In this document: piece after piece, positions 1 to 12,076 of the stretch
Layout: each line of letters starts with the position of its first letter
Position numbering within the stretch: position 1 is the stretch's first letter
DNA from: an uncultured delta proteobacterium
GTDB taxonomy: Bacteria; Myxococcota_A; Polyangia; Fen-1088
NCBI GenBank assembly: GCA_963755125.1
Contig: CAVWIP010000018.1
Span: 1 to 64,000, forward strand
Direction: 5' to 3'
Length of the DNA stretch: 64,000 nucleotides
Position numbers and translations under genes: made by a program
The notes under the pieces: generated by a model
What the model was told of the DNA's origin: nothing
Databases searched by the model: none
The model's input: the letters and a program-made list of their open reading frames with translations, nothing else

Positions 1-149
1 TGGAAACCGAACTCCGCGGAGAAATAAGCGACCGGATTCTGATGCAACGCCGGTGCGTTGATGTGGCCCCAGGTGGTTTTGGAGGCCAGATACTCTTCGA
101 AATCATGAAGCACGGCGCGGGCGCGTTCCTGAAAGTCGGTGTCCTCGAT
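1..149 (-). pseudogene. glgP: Internal fragment of alpha-glucan (glycogen/maltodextrin) phosphorylase; 5' part replaced by the tandem repeat, continues off the window edge
   Basis: Manual translation of the minus strand: IEDTDFQERARAVLHDFEEYLASKTTWGHINAPALHQNPVAYFSAEFGF. VAYFSAEFG is the typical glucan phosphorylase N-terminal motif. Confidence 0.8.
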
Positions 150-3100
150 TTTAAAGTTGCGGGCCGGGCTCCGGGCAGGATTTTAAAGTTGCGGGCCGGG
201 GTCCGGGCTGGATTTTAAGTTGTCGGACCGGGTTCCGGGCTGGATTTTAAAGTTGCGGGCCGGGTTCCGGGCTGGATTTTAAAGTTGCGGGCCGGGTTCC
301 GGGCTGGATTTTAAAGTTGCGGACCGGGTTCCGGGCTGGATTTTAAAGTTGCGGGCAGGGGTCCGGGCTGGATTTTAAATGTTGGGCCGGGGTCCGGGCT
401 GGATTTTAAAGTTGCGCGCCGGGTTCCGGGCGCGATTTTAAAGTCGCGGACCGGGTTCCGGGCTCGGATTTAAAGTTGCGGGCCGGGGTCCGGGCGGGAT
501 TTTAAAGTTTCGGACCGGGTTCCGGGCTGGATTTTAAAGTTGCGGACCGGGTTCCGGGCTGGATTTTAAAGTTTCGGGCCGGGTCCGGGCTGGATTTTAA
601 AGTTGCGGGCCGCGTTCCGGGCTGCATATTAAAGTTGCGGGCCGGGGTCCGGGCTGCGATTTTAAAGTTGCGGACCGGGTTCCGGGCTGAATTTTAAAGT
701 TTTCGGGTCGGAGGTCCGGGCGAGGATATTAAAGTTTCGGGCCGGGTTACCGGGCTGGATTTTAAAGTTGCGGGCCGGGTTCCGGGCTGGATATTAAAGT
801 TGCGGGCCGGGTCCGGGCGGGATATTAAAGTTGTCGGGCCGGGGTCCGGGCTGGATTTTAATTACGTTTGTCTGGGCCGGGTTCTGGGCGGAATTTTAAA
901 GTTGCGGACCGGGTAACGGGCTGCATATTAAAGTTGGGGGCCGAGGTCCGGGCACGGTGTTAAAGTTGCGGACCGAGTTCCGGGCCATGATATTACAAGT
1001 TGCGGACCGGGTTCCGGGCTGCATATTAAAGTTGCGGACGGGCTCCGGGCGGGATTTTAAAGTTGCGGGCAGGGGTCCGGGCTGGATTTTAAAGTTGCGG
1101 GCCGGGTTCCGGGCTGGATTTTAGAGTTGCGGGCCGGGGTCCGGGCGGGATATTAAAGTTGCGGGCCGGGTTCCGGGCTGGATATTAAAGTTGCGGGCCG
1201 GAGTCCGGGCGGGTTTTAAAGTTGCGGACCGGGATCCGGGCTGGATTTTAAAGTTGCGGGCCGGGTTCCGGGCTGGATTTTAAAGTTGCGGACGGGTTCC
1301 GGGCGGATTTTAAAGTTTCGGGCCGGGATCCGGGCTGGATTTAAAGTTGCGGACCGGGTTCCGGGCTGGATTTTAAAGTTGCGGGCCGGGTTCCGGGCGG
1401 CATATTAAAGTTGCGGGCAGAGGTCCGGGCGGGATTTTAAAGTTGCGGACCGGGTTCCGGGCTGCATATTAAAGTTGCGGACCGGGTTCCGGGCTGCATG
1501 TTAAAGTTGCGGGTCGGGGTCCGGGCGGGATTTTTAGTTGTGGATCGGGCTGACGGGCTGTATATTTAAGTTGCGGGCCGGACTCCGGGCTGCGGTTTTA
1601 AAATTTCGGACCGGGGTCCGGGCTGGATATTAAAGTTGCGGACCGGTCTGCGGGCTGCATATTAAAGTTAAGGGCAGGGGTCCGGGCTGCAATTTTAAAG
1701 TTGCGGACCGAGGTTCCGGGCTGCATATTAAAGTTGCGGACCGGGTTCCGGGCTGCATGTTAAGTTGCGGGAAGGGGTCCGGGCGCGATTTTAAAGTTGC
1801 GGACCGGGCAACGGGCTGCATATTAAAGTTGCGGGGCAGGAGTCCGGGCGCGATTTTAAAATGTCGGACCGGGTTCCGGGCTAAATATTAAAGTTGCGGA
1901 CCGGGTTCCGGGCTGCTAGAGTAAAGTTGCGGGACGGGGTCCGGGCGCAATATTAAAGTTGAGGACCGGGTTCCGGGCTGCATATTAAAGTTGCGGACCG
2001 GGTTCCGGGCTGCATATAAAGTTGGGGAAGGGGTCCGGGCGCGATTTAAAGTTGCGGACCGGGCAACGGGCTGCATATTAAAGTTGCGGGCAGGGTTCTG
2101 GGCCGAATTTTAAAATGTCGGGCCGGAGTTCCGGGCTAGGATATTAAAGTTGCGGACCGTGCTCCGGGCTGGATTTTAAAGTTGCGGGCAGGGGTCCGGG
2201 CGCGAATTTCAAAGTTGCGGGCCGGGTTCCGGGCGGGATTTTCGAAGTTGCGGACCGGGTTCCGGGCTGCATATTAAAGTTGCGGGCAGGGGTCCGGGCG
2301 GGATTTTTAAAGTTGCGGACCGGGAACGGGCTGCATCTAAAGTTGCGGGCAGAGAAGTCCGGGCGCGATTTAAAATGTAGGACCGGGTTCCGGGCTGATA
2401 CTTAAAGTTAGGACCGGGCTACGGGCTGCATATTAAAGTTGTGGGCGGGGGTCCGGGGCCGTTCAAAGTTGCGGCCCACGCTCCGGGCTGAATATATAAA
2501 GTTGCGGACAGGGATCCGGGCTGCTATTTAAAGTTGCGGGACCGGGTTCCGGGCTGCATATTAAAGTTGCGGGCAGGGATTCGGGCTCTATTATTAAAAG
2601 TTGCGGGTCGGGTTCCGGACCGTAAATTTAAAGTTGGGGACCGTGCTCCGGGCTCGAATTTAAAGTTGCGGGCCAGGGTCCGGGCTGGATTTTAAAGTTG
2701 CGGGCCGGGATCCGGGTTGAATTTTAAAGTTGCGGACCGGGTTCCGGGCGGGATTATAAAGTTGCGGGTCGGGCTCCGGACCGGATTTTAAAGTTGCGGA
2801 CCGGGCTCCGGGCTGCATATTAAAGTTGCGGACCGGGCTCCGGACGCAATTTTAAAATGTCGGAGCGGGTTGGGCTAAATATTAAAGTTGCGGACCGGGC
2901 TACGGGCTGCATATTAAAGTTGTGGGCGGGGGTCTGGGCGGGATTTTAAAGTTGCGGACAGGGGTCCGGACTGGATATTAAAGTTGCGGACCGTGCTGCG
3001 GGCTGCATATTAAAGTTGCGGGCAAGGGTCCGGGCTGGATTTTAAAGTTGCGGGCCGGGTTCCTGGTTGTGAATTTTGGTTACGGGCAGGGGACCGGGCT

Positions 3101-6100
3101 AGATAGTAAAGATGCAGCCGGAGTTGGCGCGGGCGCGATTTTAAAGATGCGGGACGGGTTCCGGGCAGAATATTAAAATTGCGCACCTGATTCCGGGTCG
3201 AGATTTTAAATTTTCAGGGTTGGGTTCCGGGCTCGATTTTAAAGTTGCGGACCGGGTTCCGGGCTGGATATCAAAGTTGCGGGCACGGGTCCGGGCTCGA
3301 TTGTAAAATGTTGGACCGCGTTCCGGACTGGTGTTTAAAGTTGTGCGCAGTCGGCGCGATTTCAAAGTTAGAACCGGTTAAGATCGGTAAAAGTGCGCAG
3401 TTCCGGGCGCGATTTTAAAATGTCGGACCGGGTTCCGGGCTAAATATTAAAGTTGCGGACCGGGTTCCCGGGTGCATATCAAAGTTGCGGGCACGGGTCC
3501 GGGCGCGATTTTAAAATGTTGGACCGCGTTCCGGACTGCATATTAACGTTGTGGGCGGGGTGCCGAGCAGTACCGAAAGTTGCGGACCGGGCAACGGGCT
3601 GCATATTAAAGTTGCGGGAAGGGGTCCGGGCTGCAATTGTAAAGATGCGGACCGGGTTCCGGGCTAAATATAAATTTACGGACCGTGCTGCGGGTTGGAT
3701 ATAAAGTTGCGGGCTGGATATTAAAGTTGCGGGCAGGGGTCCGGACGGAATTTTAAAGTTGCCGGGGGAAGGGTCCGGGCGCGATTTCAAAGTTGCGGAC
3801 CGGGGTCCGGGCTGGATATTAAAGTTGCGGACCGGGTTCCGGGCTGCATAGTAAAGTTCCGGGTAGGGGTCCGGGCGCGATTTTAAAGTTGCGGACCGGC
3901 AACGGGCTGCAATATTAAAGTTTGCGGGCCGGGATTCTGCGCGAATTTTTAAAGTTGCGGGAAAGGGGTCCGGCACGATTTAAAGTTGCGGACCGGGCAA
4001 CGGGCTGCATAAAGTTGCCGGAGCAGGGGTCCGGGCGCGATGTTAAAGTTGCGGACCGTGCTGCGGGCTGCATATTAAAGTTGCGGGCAGAGGTCCGGGC
4101 GCAATTTTAAAGTTGCGGGAACCGGGTTCCGGGCTGGATATCAAAGTTGCGGACCGGGTTCCGGGCTGGATATTAAAGTTTCGGGCCGGGGTCCGGGCGC
4201 GATTTTAAAGTTGCGGGCCGGGCAACGGGCTGCATATTAAAGTTGCGGGCAGGAGTCCTTGCGCGATTTTAAAATGTCGAACCGGGTTCCGGGCTAAATA
4301 TTAAAGTTGCGGACCGTGCTGCGGGCTGCATATTAAAGTTGGGCAGGGGTTCCGGGCGCAATTTTAAAGTTGCGGACCGGGTTCCGGGCTGCATATCAAA
4401 GTTGCGGACCAGTTCCGGGCTGGATTCTCAAAGTTGCGGGACGGGGTCCGGGCGCGATTTTAAAGTTGCGGACCGGGCTCCGGGCTGGATTTTAAAGTTT
4501 CGGGAGGGCTCCGGGCATTTTAAAGTTTCGGGCCGGGCTCCGGGCTGGATTTTAAAGTTGCGGACCGGGCTCCGGGCTGGATATTAAAGTTCCGGGCCGG
4601 GGTCCGGGCGGGATTTTAAAGTTGCGGGCCGGGCTCCGGGCTGGATTTTAAAGTTGCGGGCCGGGCTCCGGGCGGGATTTTAAAGTTGCGGGCCGGGCTC
4701 CGGGCGGGATTTTAAAGTTGCGGGCCGGGCTCCGGGCTGGATTTTAAAGTTGCGGGCCGGGGTCCGGGCTGGATTTTAAAGTTCCGGGCCGGGCTCCGGG
4801 CAGGATTTTAAAGTTGCGGGCCGGGCTCCGGGCTGGATTTTAAAGTTTCGGGCCGGGGTCCGGGCTGGATTTTAAAGTTTCGGGCCGGGTTCCGGGCTGG
4901 ATTTTAAAGTTTCGGGCCGGGTTCCGGGCTGGATTTTAAAGTTGCGGGCCGGGCTCCGGGCTGGATTTTAAAGTTGCGGGTCGGGGTCCGGGCCGGATTT
5001 TAAAGTTGCGGGCCGGGCTCCGGGCTGGATTTTAAAGTTGCGGGCCGGGCTCCGGGCGGATTTTAAAGTTGTCGGGCCGGGCTCCGGGCTGGGATTTTAA
5101 AGTTGCGGGCCGGGCTCCGGGCTGGGATTTTAAAGTTGCGGGCCGGGCTCCGGGCTGGGATTTTAAAGTTGCGGGCCGGGCTCCGGGCCGGGATTTTAAA
5201 GTTGCGGGCCGGGCTCCGGGCTGGATTTTAAAGTTGCGGGCCGGGTTCCGGGCTGGATTTTAAAGTTGCGGGCCGGGGTCCGGGCTGGATTTTAAAGTTG
5301 CGGGCCGGGTTCCGGGCTGGATTTTAAAGTTGCGGGCCGGGGTCCGGGCTGGATTTTAAAGTTGCGGGCCGGGCTCCGGGCTGGATTTTAAAGTTGCGGG
5401 CCGGGTTCCGGGCTGCGATTTTAAAGTTGCGGACCGGGGTCCGGGCTGATTTTAAAGTTGCGGGCCGGGTTCCGGGCTGGATTTTAAAGTTGCGGGCCGG
5501 GCTCCGGGCTGGAATTTTAAAGTTGCGGGCCGGGCTCCGGGCTGGATTTTAAAGTTACGGGCCGGGCTCCGGGCGGGATTTTAAAGTTGCGGGCCGGGCT
5601 CCGGGCTGGATTTTAAAGTTGCGGGCCGGGCTCCGGGCTGGATTTTAAAGTTGCGGGCCGGGCTCCGGGCTGGATTTTAAAGTTGCGGGCCGGGTTCCGG
5701 GCTGAATTTTAAAGTTGCGGCTGGGCTCCGGGCTGGATTTTAAAGTTGCGGGCCGGGCTCCGGGCTGGATTTTAAATTTCGGACCGGGCTACGGGCTGAT
5801 TTAAAGTTGCGGGCCGGGCTCCGGGCTGGATTTTAAAGTTGCGGGCTGGGCTCCGGGCTGGGATTTTAAAGTTGCGGGCCGGGCTCCGGGCTGGATTTTA
5901 AAGTTGCGGGTCGGGCTCCGGGCTGGATTTTAAAGTTGCGGGCGGGGTCCGGGCTGGATTTTAAAGTTGCGGGCCGGGCTCCGGGCTGGATTTTAAAGTT
6001 GCGGGCCGGGCTCCGGGCTGGATTTTAAAGTTGCGGGCCGGGCTCCGGGCTGGATTTTAAAGTTGCGGGCCGGGCTCCGGGCTGGATTTTAAAGTTGCGG

Positions 6101-6690
6101 GCCGGGGTCCGGGCTGGATTTTAAAGTTGCGGGTCGGGGTCCGGGCTGGATTTTAAAGTTGCGGGTCGGGTTCCGGGCTGGATTTTAAAGTTGCGGGCTG
6201 GGGTCCGGGCTGGATTTTAAAGTTGCGGGCCGGGGTCCGGGCTGGATTTTAAAGTTGCGGGCCGGGCTCCGGGCTGGATTTTAAAGTTGCGGGCCGGGCT
6301 CCGGGCTGGATTTTAAAGTTGCGGGCCGGGTTCCGGGCTGGATTTTAAAGTTGCGGGCCGGGGTCCGGGCTGGATTTTAAAGTTGCGGACCGGGCTCCGG
6401 GCTGGATTTTAAAGTTGCGGGCCGGGGTCCGGGCGTGGATTTTAAAGTTACGGGCCGGGCTCCGGGCTGGATTTTAAAGTTGCGGGCCGGGCTCCGGGCT
6501 GGATTTTAAAGTTGCGGGCCGGGGTCCGGGCGGGATTTTAAAGTTGCGGGCCGGGCTCCGGGCTGGATTTTAAAGTTGCGGGCTGGGGTCCGGGCTGGAT
6601 TTTAAAGTTGCGGGCCGGGCTCCGGGCTGGATTTTAAAGTTGCGGGCCGGGCTCCGGGCTGGATATTAAAGTTGCGGGCCGGGCTCCGGG
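147..6690. repeat. Tandem array of ~200 copies of a 32-bp monomer (consensus GATTTTAAAGTTGCGGGCCGGGCTCCGGGCTG), satellite-like
   Basis: Period of 32 read directly (e.g. GCGGGCCG at 6001 and 6033). Homogeneous near both ends, divergent with recurrent variants at ~900-4400. No unique spacers. Confidence 0.97.
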
Positions 6691-6764
6691 CTAAACACTC
6701 CGCTTCGATCCGGGCCAGCCTATGACGGCTTCGGTTTAGGGCGCCGATTTCAGCAGGGCACGCT

Positions 6765-7036
6765 ATGGAAGTACGAGTAAACAACCAGAAACTCTCACGG
6801 CAAAGTACCGTCTGCTGCAGCGGCAGATGAGCGGGACAGCTGGACAGGATCCTGAATCGGTTCATCCCCGCCCGCCCGGCACCGCTGTGCCTCTCTCCCC
6901 TGCGCAGCGCCGGATCTGGCTTCACGCGGCCCAGCAGCCCGAACTTCCTCTCTATAACGAGTCCATTACCATCCACCGGCACGGGAGCTTCGATCTCGGA
7001 GCCCTCGAATCCAGCGTGAACGAAATTCTTCGACGC
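6765..7036 (+). pseudogene. N-terminal fragment of an NRPS condensation domain, cut at ~7036; frameshift near the start
   Basis: PLSPAQRRIWLH...LYNESITI...LESSVNEILRR matches the C1/C2 motifs of C-domains. The expected HE after ILRR is replaced by IS sequence. Confidence 0.75.
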
Positions 7037-7961
7037 TTAGAGTTCAAAGACGTGAGAGGGCAACATACCCTCCGGCAACCCAGCCACCGCATAAGCGAAC
7101 CACTTGCGCTTGTGTCGTTGATAGCGGCCTTTGGAGTACCGCTGCACAACGATGGCTTGAACCGTGTAGGCACCGTGTTTCGGACTGTGGAAGGTGTAGG
7201 TGGTTTTGCGAGATTTCCCTTGGAAGAGATTGCGCACTCCACCGGATTTGCCTCGCATCGGAATAGGTATCACGGAACTCAAGTGATGCTGGCGTAGAAC
7301 TTTAAAAACCGGCTGGGAGCAGAAGTCCTTGTCTAAAAACACTCGCCGGACGAGTAATTTGAGCGATTTTAGTCGTCGCAACAGCCAGCGCACGATGTCG
7401 GCTATCTCTTCCCCATATTCAACAAAATGTAGCGCCACGACATAGCGTTGATTATGGTGCACAATCGAAATGGTGGCGTACCCATGAAAATGGGTCGTCC
7501 CGGATTTTGGTGCACCGCGTACAATTTCCTTCTCGTCTTCGTAAGGCAGTCCATGATACGGGACCAAGGTCAGGTCCATCGCGATGTTGTAATCTCGTCT
7601 GCCCTTCCATAGACTGGGACCCTGAAAGGGCGCAGGGCGTTGTAGCTGCTGCCGGAACATCTTATTCAATGCACGTTGCATGCCTGCCCGGTCCGGTAGC
7701 GCTTCTGCCAGGACTTCCCGCAGCCGATTGCCCGAGGGCGCATCTTTCAACTCTTGACAGGTCGATTGAATGCTCAAACGATGCACGTTGGCGTAGGCTA
7801 AAGCGTAAATGATGTCATCTCTACTGATCCGCGTATTCTTCAACTCCAATGGCAGGCTCCAACGAACTACCTGTGTGAAAGCGTTCAGGACTTGCTCACA
7901 CCGTCCGGTGTCGTTCCGGAGATTGGATTGTTCGGGTAATCTTGCAGTTGGGCTTGGACAT
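7037..7961 (-). pseudogene. ISH3-family DDE transposase, 3'-truncated and frameshifted by a 22-nt insertion near the N-terminus
   Basis: ORF 7037-7849 has IAMDLTLVPYHG, GTTHFHGYAT and VFLDKDF motifs. ATG at 7961 has a GGAG RBS and becomes in-frame if 7899-7920 is removed. The C-terminal YRxRFGIE motif is missing. Confidence 0.8.
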
Positions 7962-8007
7962 TGGTCTTGGTCTCCGTAGTAGGAACCAAGTTAACCATGT
8001 TCAAGCC

Positions 8008-8023
8008 CTTTCGTGAAGTACTG
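8008..8023 (-). mobile_element. Left terminal inverted repeat of the ISH3-family element (CAGTACTTCACGAAAG)
   Basis: CAGTAC-type end ~60 bp upstream of the transposase start, as recalled for ISH3-family ends. Confidence 0.6.
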
Positions 8024-8195
8024 ACAATCTGATCTGCCTTCTGCCGAACACCTGATGACGGTTCTCAGCTTTCCAATTGATCGCTAACCCTTCAAGGTTG
8101 GCTTACGGCGCTCATCCGCCAGTTCCTTGCAACGCAATATGATCCGGATGATCGATCCGGCTGTGTCCTTCCACACTTTTACATGAAGAGCTAAT

Positions 8196-9325
8196 TCAGA
8201 TTGCCGCGCGGGTATAACTATGGTGCAGCCCACCAAGGATTGCCTTCGACGTAATTCGCCCGCTGGTTGGATTCGTGCAGGGTAGATCATAGTGATCCGG
8301 AATGCGTTGATCGATCCCCTGATGCGGACGTTCCTGATTGAAGTAAACGATGTATTCATTCACCACCCGTTGTAAATGCTGGCTATGATGGATCAGCGTA
8401 TGATCCAAACATTCCCTGCGCAGACTCCCCATGAACCGCTCACACATCCCATTGGCCTCGGGAGTTCGATAAGGGGTTTGCGACTGTAAGGAGCAGTCAC
8501 TTCGCAGCTCTTTGATCCCTGAACCAATTGCCACCGCCGAAAAGTGGGTGCCATATTTCCTGTCCCGGTCGCGGATCAGATACTTCGGTCCCCTTCCCCA
8601 CCCTGTGGCTTCCCGTAACTGCTGTGCCGTCCATTCATCCGTCGGAAATTTCGTTACCCCCGCATGCACACCTGTGCCTGCGGCACGGTGCAGGCAATCC
8701 GCCGCGTTTGCCGTTCCATCACCACATCGACGTACGACTGACGAAATAACCAGTCATACACCACGGTAAAGTCGCAAGCCCAGATGCCACTGGCTTGATT
8801 CTTTATGAAGGTGGCCCAAGTCTGGCTCGATGAAGACGATTTCCGCTCTTTCGGCAGGTATTTCTGGATCGTTCGTTTGCTCACTTCCATCCCCAACTTC
8901 AATAATTCCCCGCGGATCCGTTCCGCTCCCCACAAGCGATTCTCTTTCGCCATCTTTTGGATCAGCGCAATGGTTTCTGCCGAAATCTTCGGCTGGCCCT
9001 GCGACTTCCGCCGCCAATACAATCGAAACAATTCCCGATGCCAACGGAGCAGAGTGTCCGGTTGAACGATATGCATGGATTGCTTGCAGAATTTGGTAAG
9101 GCGGGCAAGAAGGACAAAGAGTTTTCGGTCGCAATTAGTTAGTTGAGGTCGTTTGATCTGTCGATGCAGGACGATCAGTTGCTGGCGCAAAAGTGCATTC
9201 TCCATGATCAGATCAGAACGGCTGCGAGTTACATCGGTGAGAAGACCAGAGATCAACACTGCAGCCGTAGGTTTTGTTCAATGGTTGATGCGTTGTTGAA
9301 GCCAAAGAAGAAGATTGTCGATCAT
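8196..9325 (-). pseudogene. Integrase-core (rve/DDE) transposase pseudogene
   Basis: ENALLRQQL, WGAERIRGELLKLG, WACDF, LIRDRD, NGMCERFMGSLRRECLDH and LGGLHHSY motifs split over ORFs 8654-9259 and 8196-8669. Also an in-frame TGA near 9280 and two small insertions. Confidence 0.9.
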
Positions 9326-9369
9326 GCTGCTCCCAGTGTGTTTTATAATGAAGATCGAGCAGCATGATA

Positions 9370-9418
9370 CCCTTTTTCTATCACAATTCTAGGCGGATGG
9401 ACCATGTAGCCAGGACAG
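9370..9418 (-). mobile_element. Left end of the integrase-core IS (TGTCCTGGCTACATGGTCCATCCG...)
   Basis: TGT-starting end ~90 bp upstream of the transposase start. The same motif recurs at 17722 and in the ~99-bp elements at 19092-20630. Confidence 0.7.
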
Positions 9419-9562
9419 GGGTTCATTCATTGATAAAGTTTTAAATCGACGTGCTCTGTCTTTCATGAATCATCGAAGCGTCTGCTAAAGAAAAATACTT
9501 TGCAATTCTCAATTTCTGCTCTCTGGATTTCTGGTGGTTGAGTCTGAATTCAACCTTATAAA

Positions 9563-10559
9563 TTATTGCGGTGCCTGAGTAATCTTGAATTGCGAACTCA
9601 TCAAAACGTTTGTGTATGGATTCCAAGTAGACATCAGGTAGTAAATCTTCAGCGTGTCTCCCTGGATTTCCGTGAAGCGTCCGATCATTTCGGGTGCGTA
9701 GACATCACCGCGTGTTTGCGTGGGAACGTTTTGCGTCTGATCACCGATGGTGGGTCCGGCCGGGCCTGAAGATGTAACCGATGGGCAGATATTATCATTG
9801 GTTTTGCTCTTATCGTAGTTGTAATATATGAAGTTTCCGAAGCCGTGGTCGCGGCAGGCATTGAAGATCAACTGCGGCGTAGCCCACGGTCCCCAAGGTG
9901 CGGAGGCGTAGGTGAAATAAATCCCGGTTGTATCTTTCGATTGCCGGCCTCCATCGTAAGTCATGAACCACAAGCCAAGATTGGATGAGTAGGTCACGGA
10001 CATGTTTCCAACGGAACCAGGATCGGAGAGGCCGGGAGGGCCCGAAGGGATCGGCAGATTGGTTGGGTTATCGTACAACACGGGCACAGCCGCTGACTCT
10101 TGCGCAGACCAAGTTGGATGGCCGCTTTGCAGGCCGCTAAAGTAGGCGGTGGCACTTTTTCCATTGGCATCCGTGCCACTCCAGAAATCATTCTCGGGAG
10201 TAAAGGTCGTTTCCCAAGACATCGTATTTGGTGAGTGTCTGGCTGACGGTTGGCTTGCTGCAGTTAGCTTTGGGGATGCTTGGATCCCAGACGCTCCAAT
10301 CACAATCGCCCATGACTTGCTGGAGCTTGACTGACGAACCCGGAACGAAAGTGAAGGTGCTGGATTGCGATGCAGGCGTGGATGGAGCCGCTGGCGCGTT
10401 GGTTGGCGCTGATTTCGCAACACGCGTTCCTGCTAGTTGTGGCGCGCTGGTTTCCGCAGGCGCATTGGTCGGCACAGCCGCGGATTGTTTCGGCAGCCTC
10501 TGCCCGAGCGTACATGCAAACATCATTAACATAAATACCACTAACATATATTTTCGCAT
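9563..10559 (-). pseudogene. Secreted lipoprotein with DUF4185-like C-terminal region, broken at ~10205 (frameshift or internal deletion)
   Basis: MRKYMLVVFMLMMFAC lipobox and Pro/Thr linker in one frame. SVTYSSNLGLWFMTY, ASAPWGPW and IYYLMSTWNPY in another frame. Confidence 0.6.
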
Positions 10560-10732
10560 TTCTTTTCTCTTTTCTTGAAATAAGTTGGCGATCATGTTTA
10601 CGGCGCGTGATTGGAACGGATGAGGACGCAGTTGTTGCGCATGCAGCAAGCAAGCAGGGCGCGATTATTGAAATAGTTAATCGAGACAGTGTTTTCACCG
10701 TATCATTCTTTTCATATTGATTGCCGCAAAGA

Positions 10733-12076
10733 CTACCGATAATAAACCTCGACGTAGAATTCCTTGGTATCTTGGTCCGTCGCCTGGAAACCGTTGTCGA
10801 GGTTGAAACTCGGTTCCATATTCGTTGCAGGACTGCTACCATTGCAGGGAGATTGACTAGTGCCGGTTTGATCCCGCTCGCACGCCCAGTAGAAGAAAGG
10901 TTCAAGATTTTGGAAAGGGCCAACTCTGCCCTGCTCCATCAGCCGAGTGTCTCCCGGTTGGAAATTCAAGTCGTTGAATAGCGTCTGCAAATCTTCCGGA
11001 GCCGGGAGTGTCCAGTTGTTCGTGCCGGCGTAGCCGAAATTATTTGCGGCTTTGAGCCACGAGTTCGCCGTCGCGAACAACATTGCGCCGCTTGTATTGA
11101 TCAAGGAAACAGTCAATCGGCTTCCCTGGGGGGGCGTAATGGTGGTGGTGCCTGTCACACCGAAGTTGTCCGAGTGCCCCAGATCGGCGTCGAGCATCCA
11201 GGTGAGTTTCGTTGCGGTGTCATAGATCGCTTTGCCTGCTGCTGATCCGCTAGTATAGGTGATCAGACCTGAGCCAGTCGGGGTCATGCCGATGGCACCC
11301 GTAATCATCGGCAGCACATAAAAGTAGTTGTATGTGGTCGTATTAGATCCTGTAAGATCCGTAAGGAATGTGTAGGTCTTTTCTCCGCCGCCATCCGACT
11401 TGGAGGTCCAGTACAGCGAGGGTTGCAGGTTCTTGAACGGTCCGATCGTGTCGGTGAAGCCAGGGACAACGCTATTCGGGTAGGTGAGCGCCAAGCCGAT
11501 GTTGTACAGGTTTCCCAGTCCGCTGCCAGTGCATTTGGCGCCGAACGATTTCCCGTCACCCCCATGCAAGACGGAACAAGTGCTGTCGATCGGAGGCGTT
11601 CCTGGAAGCTGCCAATTAGTGTGACCCAGATAGCCAGAGCCATTATTGGCATGATTCAGCGCGTTCACCCACTGCAGCGCGGTCGTGTAGTTCATGGTGC
11701 CGTTTGGGTTGATGCCAGTGACGCCCAGCGTCGCCCGGATCGCTGGATCGGCGGCTAGGTCGGCGTTCGCGAGCCAATAAACTTTCTGATTTGCGTCGTA
11801 AACAATTTGCCCGTTATCCACAGGGGTCAATCCAACGGTCTGGATCGCGGGAGATCCAGATCGCTCCACCAGTGCCGGCGCGCTTGTAGGGGCTGGCACA
11901 TTCGTTGGCGCGGGTGGATTGGCAGATGCGTTCGTTGGGGCTGGCATATTCGCCGGTGCGGTTGTTAACGGGATTGGTGATGCAGGCAACACTGGTTTTG
12001 CCGCTCTGGTTTCGATATTGCAAGCCAATATAATCAGAATCGAAACCATCCAGATTGCACTTTTAAAAATTTTCAT
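10733..12076 (-). CDS. Lipoprotein with duplicated DUF1566/Lcl-like domains
   Basis: ILAC lipobox, PTN-rich linker, two internal repeats (VYD..YWLANADL / IYD..TWMLDADL; NWQLP / NWTLP; GPFxNLxP..YW). Confidence 0.7.
   Translation of the reverse strand: MKIFKSAIWMVSILIILACNIETRAAKPVLPASPIPLTTAPANMPAPTNASANPPAPTNVPAPTSAPALVERSGSPAIQTVGLTPVDNGQIVYDANQKVYWLANADLAADPAIRATLGVTGINPNGTMNYTTALQWVNALNHANNGSGYLGHTNWQLPGTPPIDSTCSVLHGGDGKSFGAKCTGSGLGNLYNIGLALTYPNSVVPGFTDTIGPFKNLQPSLYWTSKSDGGGEKTYTFLTDLTGSNTTTYNYFYVLPMITGAIGMTPTGSGLITYTSGSAAGKAIYDTATKLTWMLDADLGHSDNFGVTGTTTITPPQGSRLTVSLINTSGAMLFATANSWLKAANNFGYAGTNNWTLPAPEDLQTLFNDLNFQPGDTRLMEQGRVGPFQNLEPFFYWACERDQTGTSQSPCNGSSPATNMEPSFNLDNGFQATDQDTKEFYVEVYYR

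Noticed and set aside
147..6690. CRISPR array (32-bp repeat length)
   Set aside because: Monomers are contiguous with no unique spacers, and there are no cas genes in the window.
1630..6690. Short ORFs inside the tandem array
   Set aside because: Chance translations of a non-triplet repeat, with no RBS and no consistent frame.
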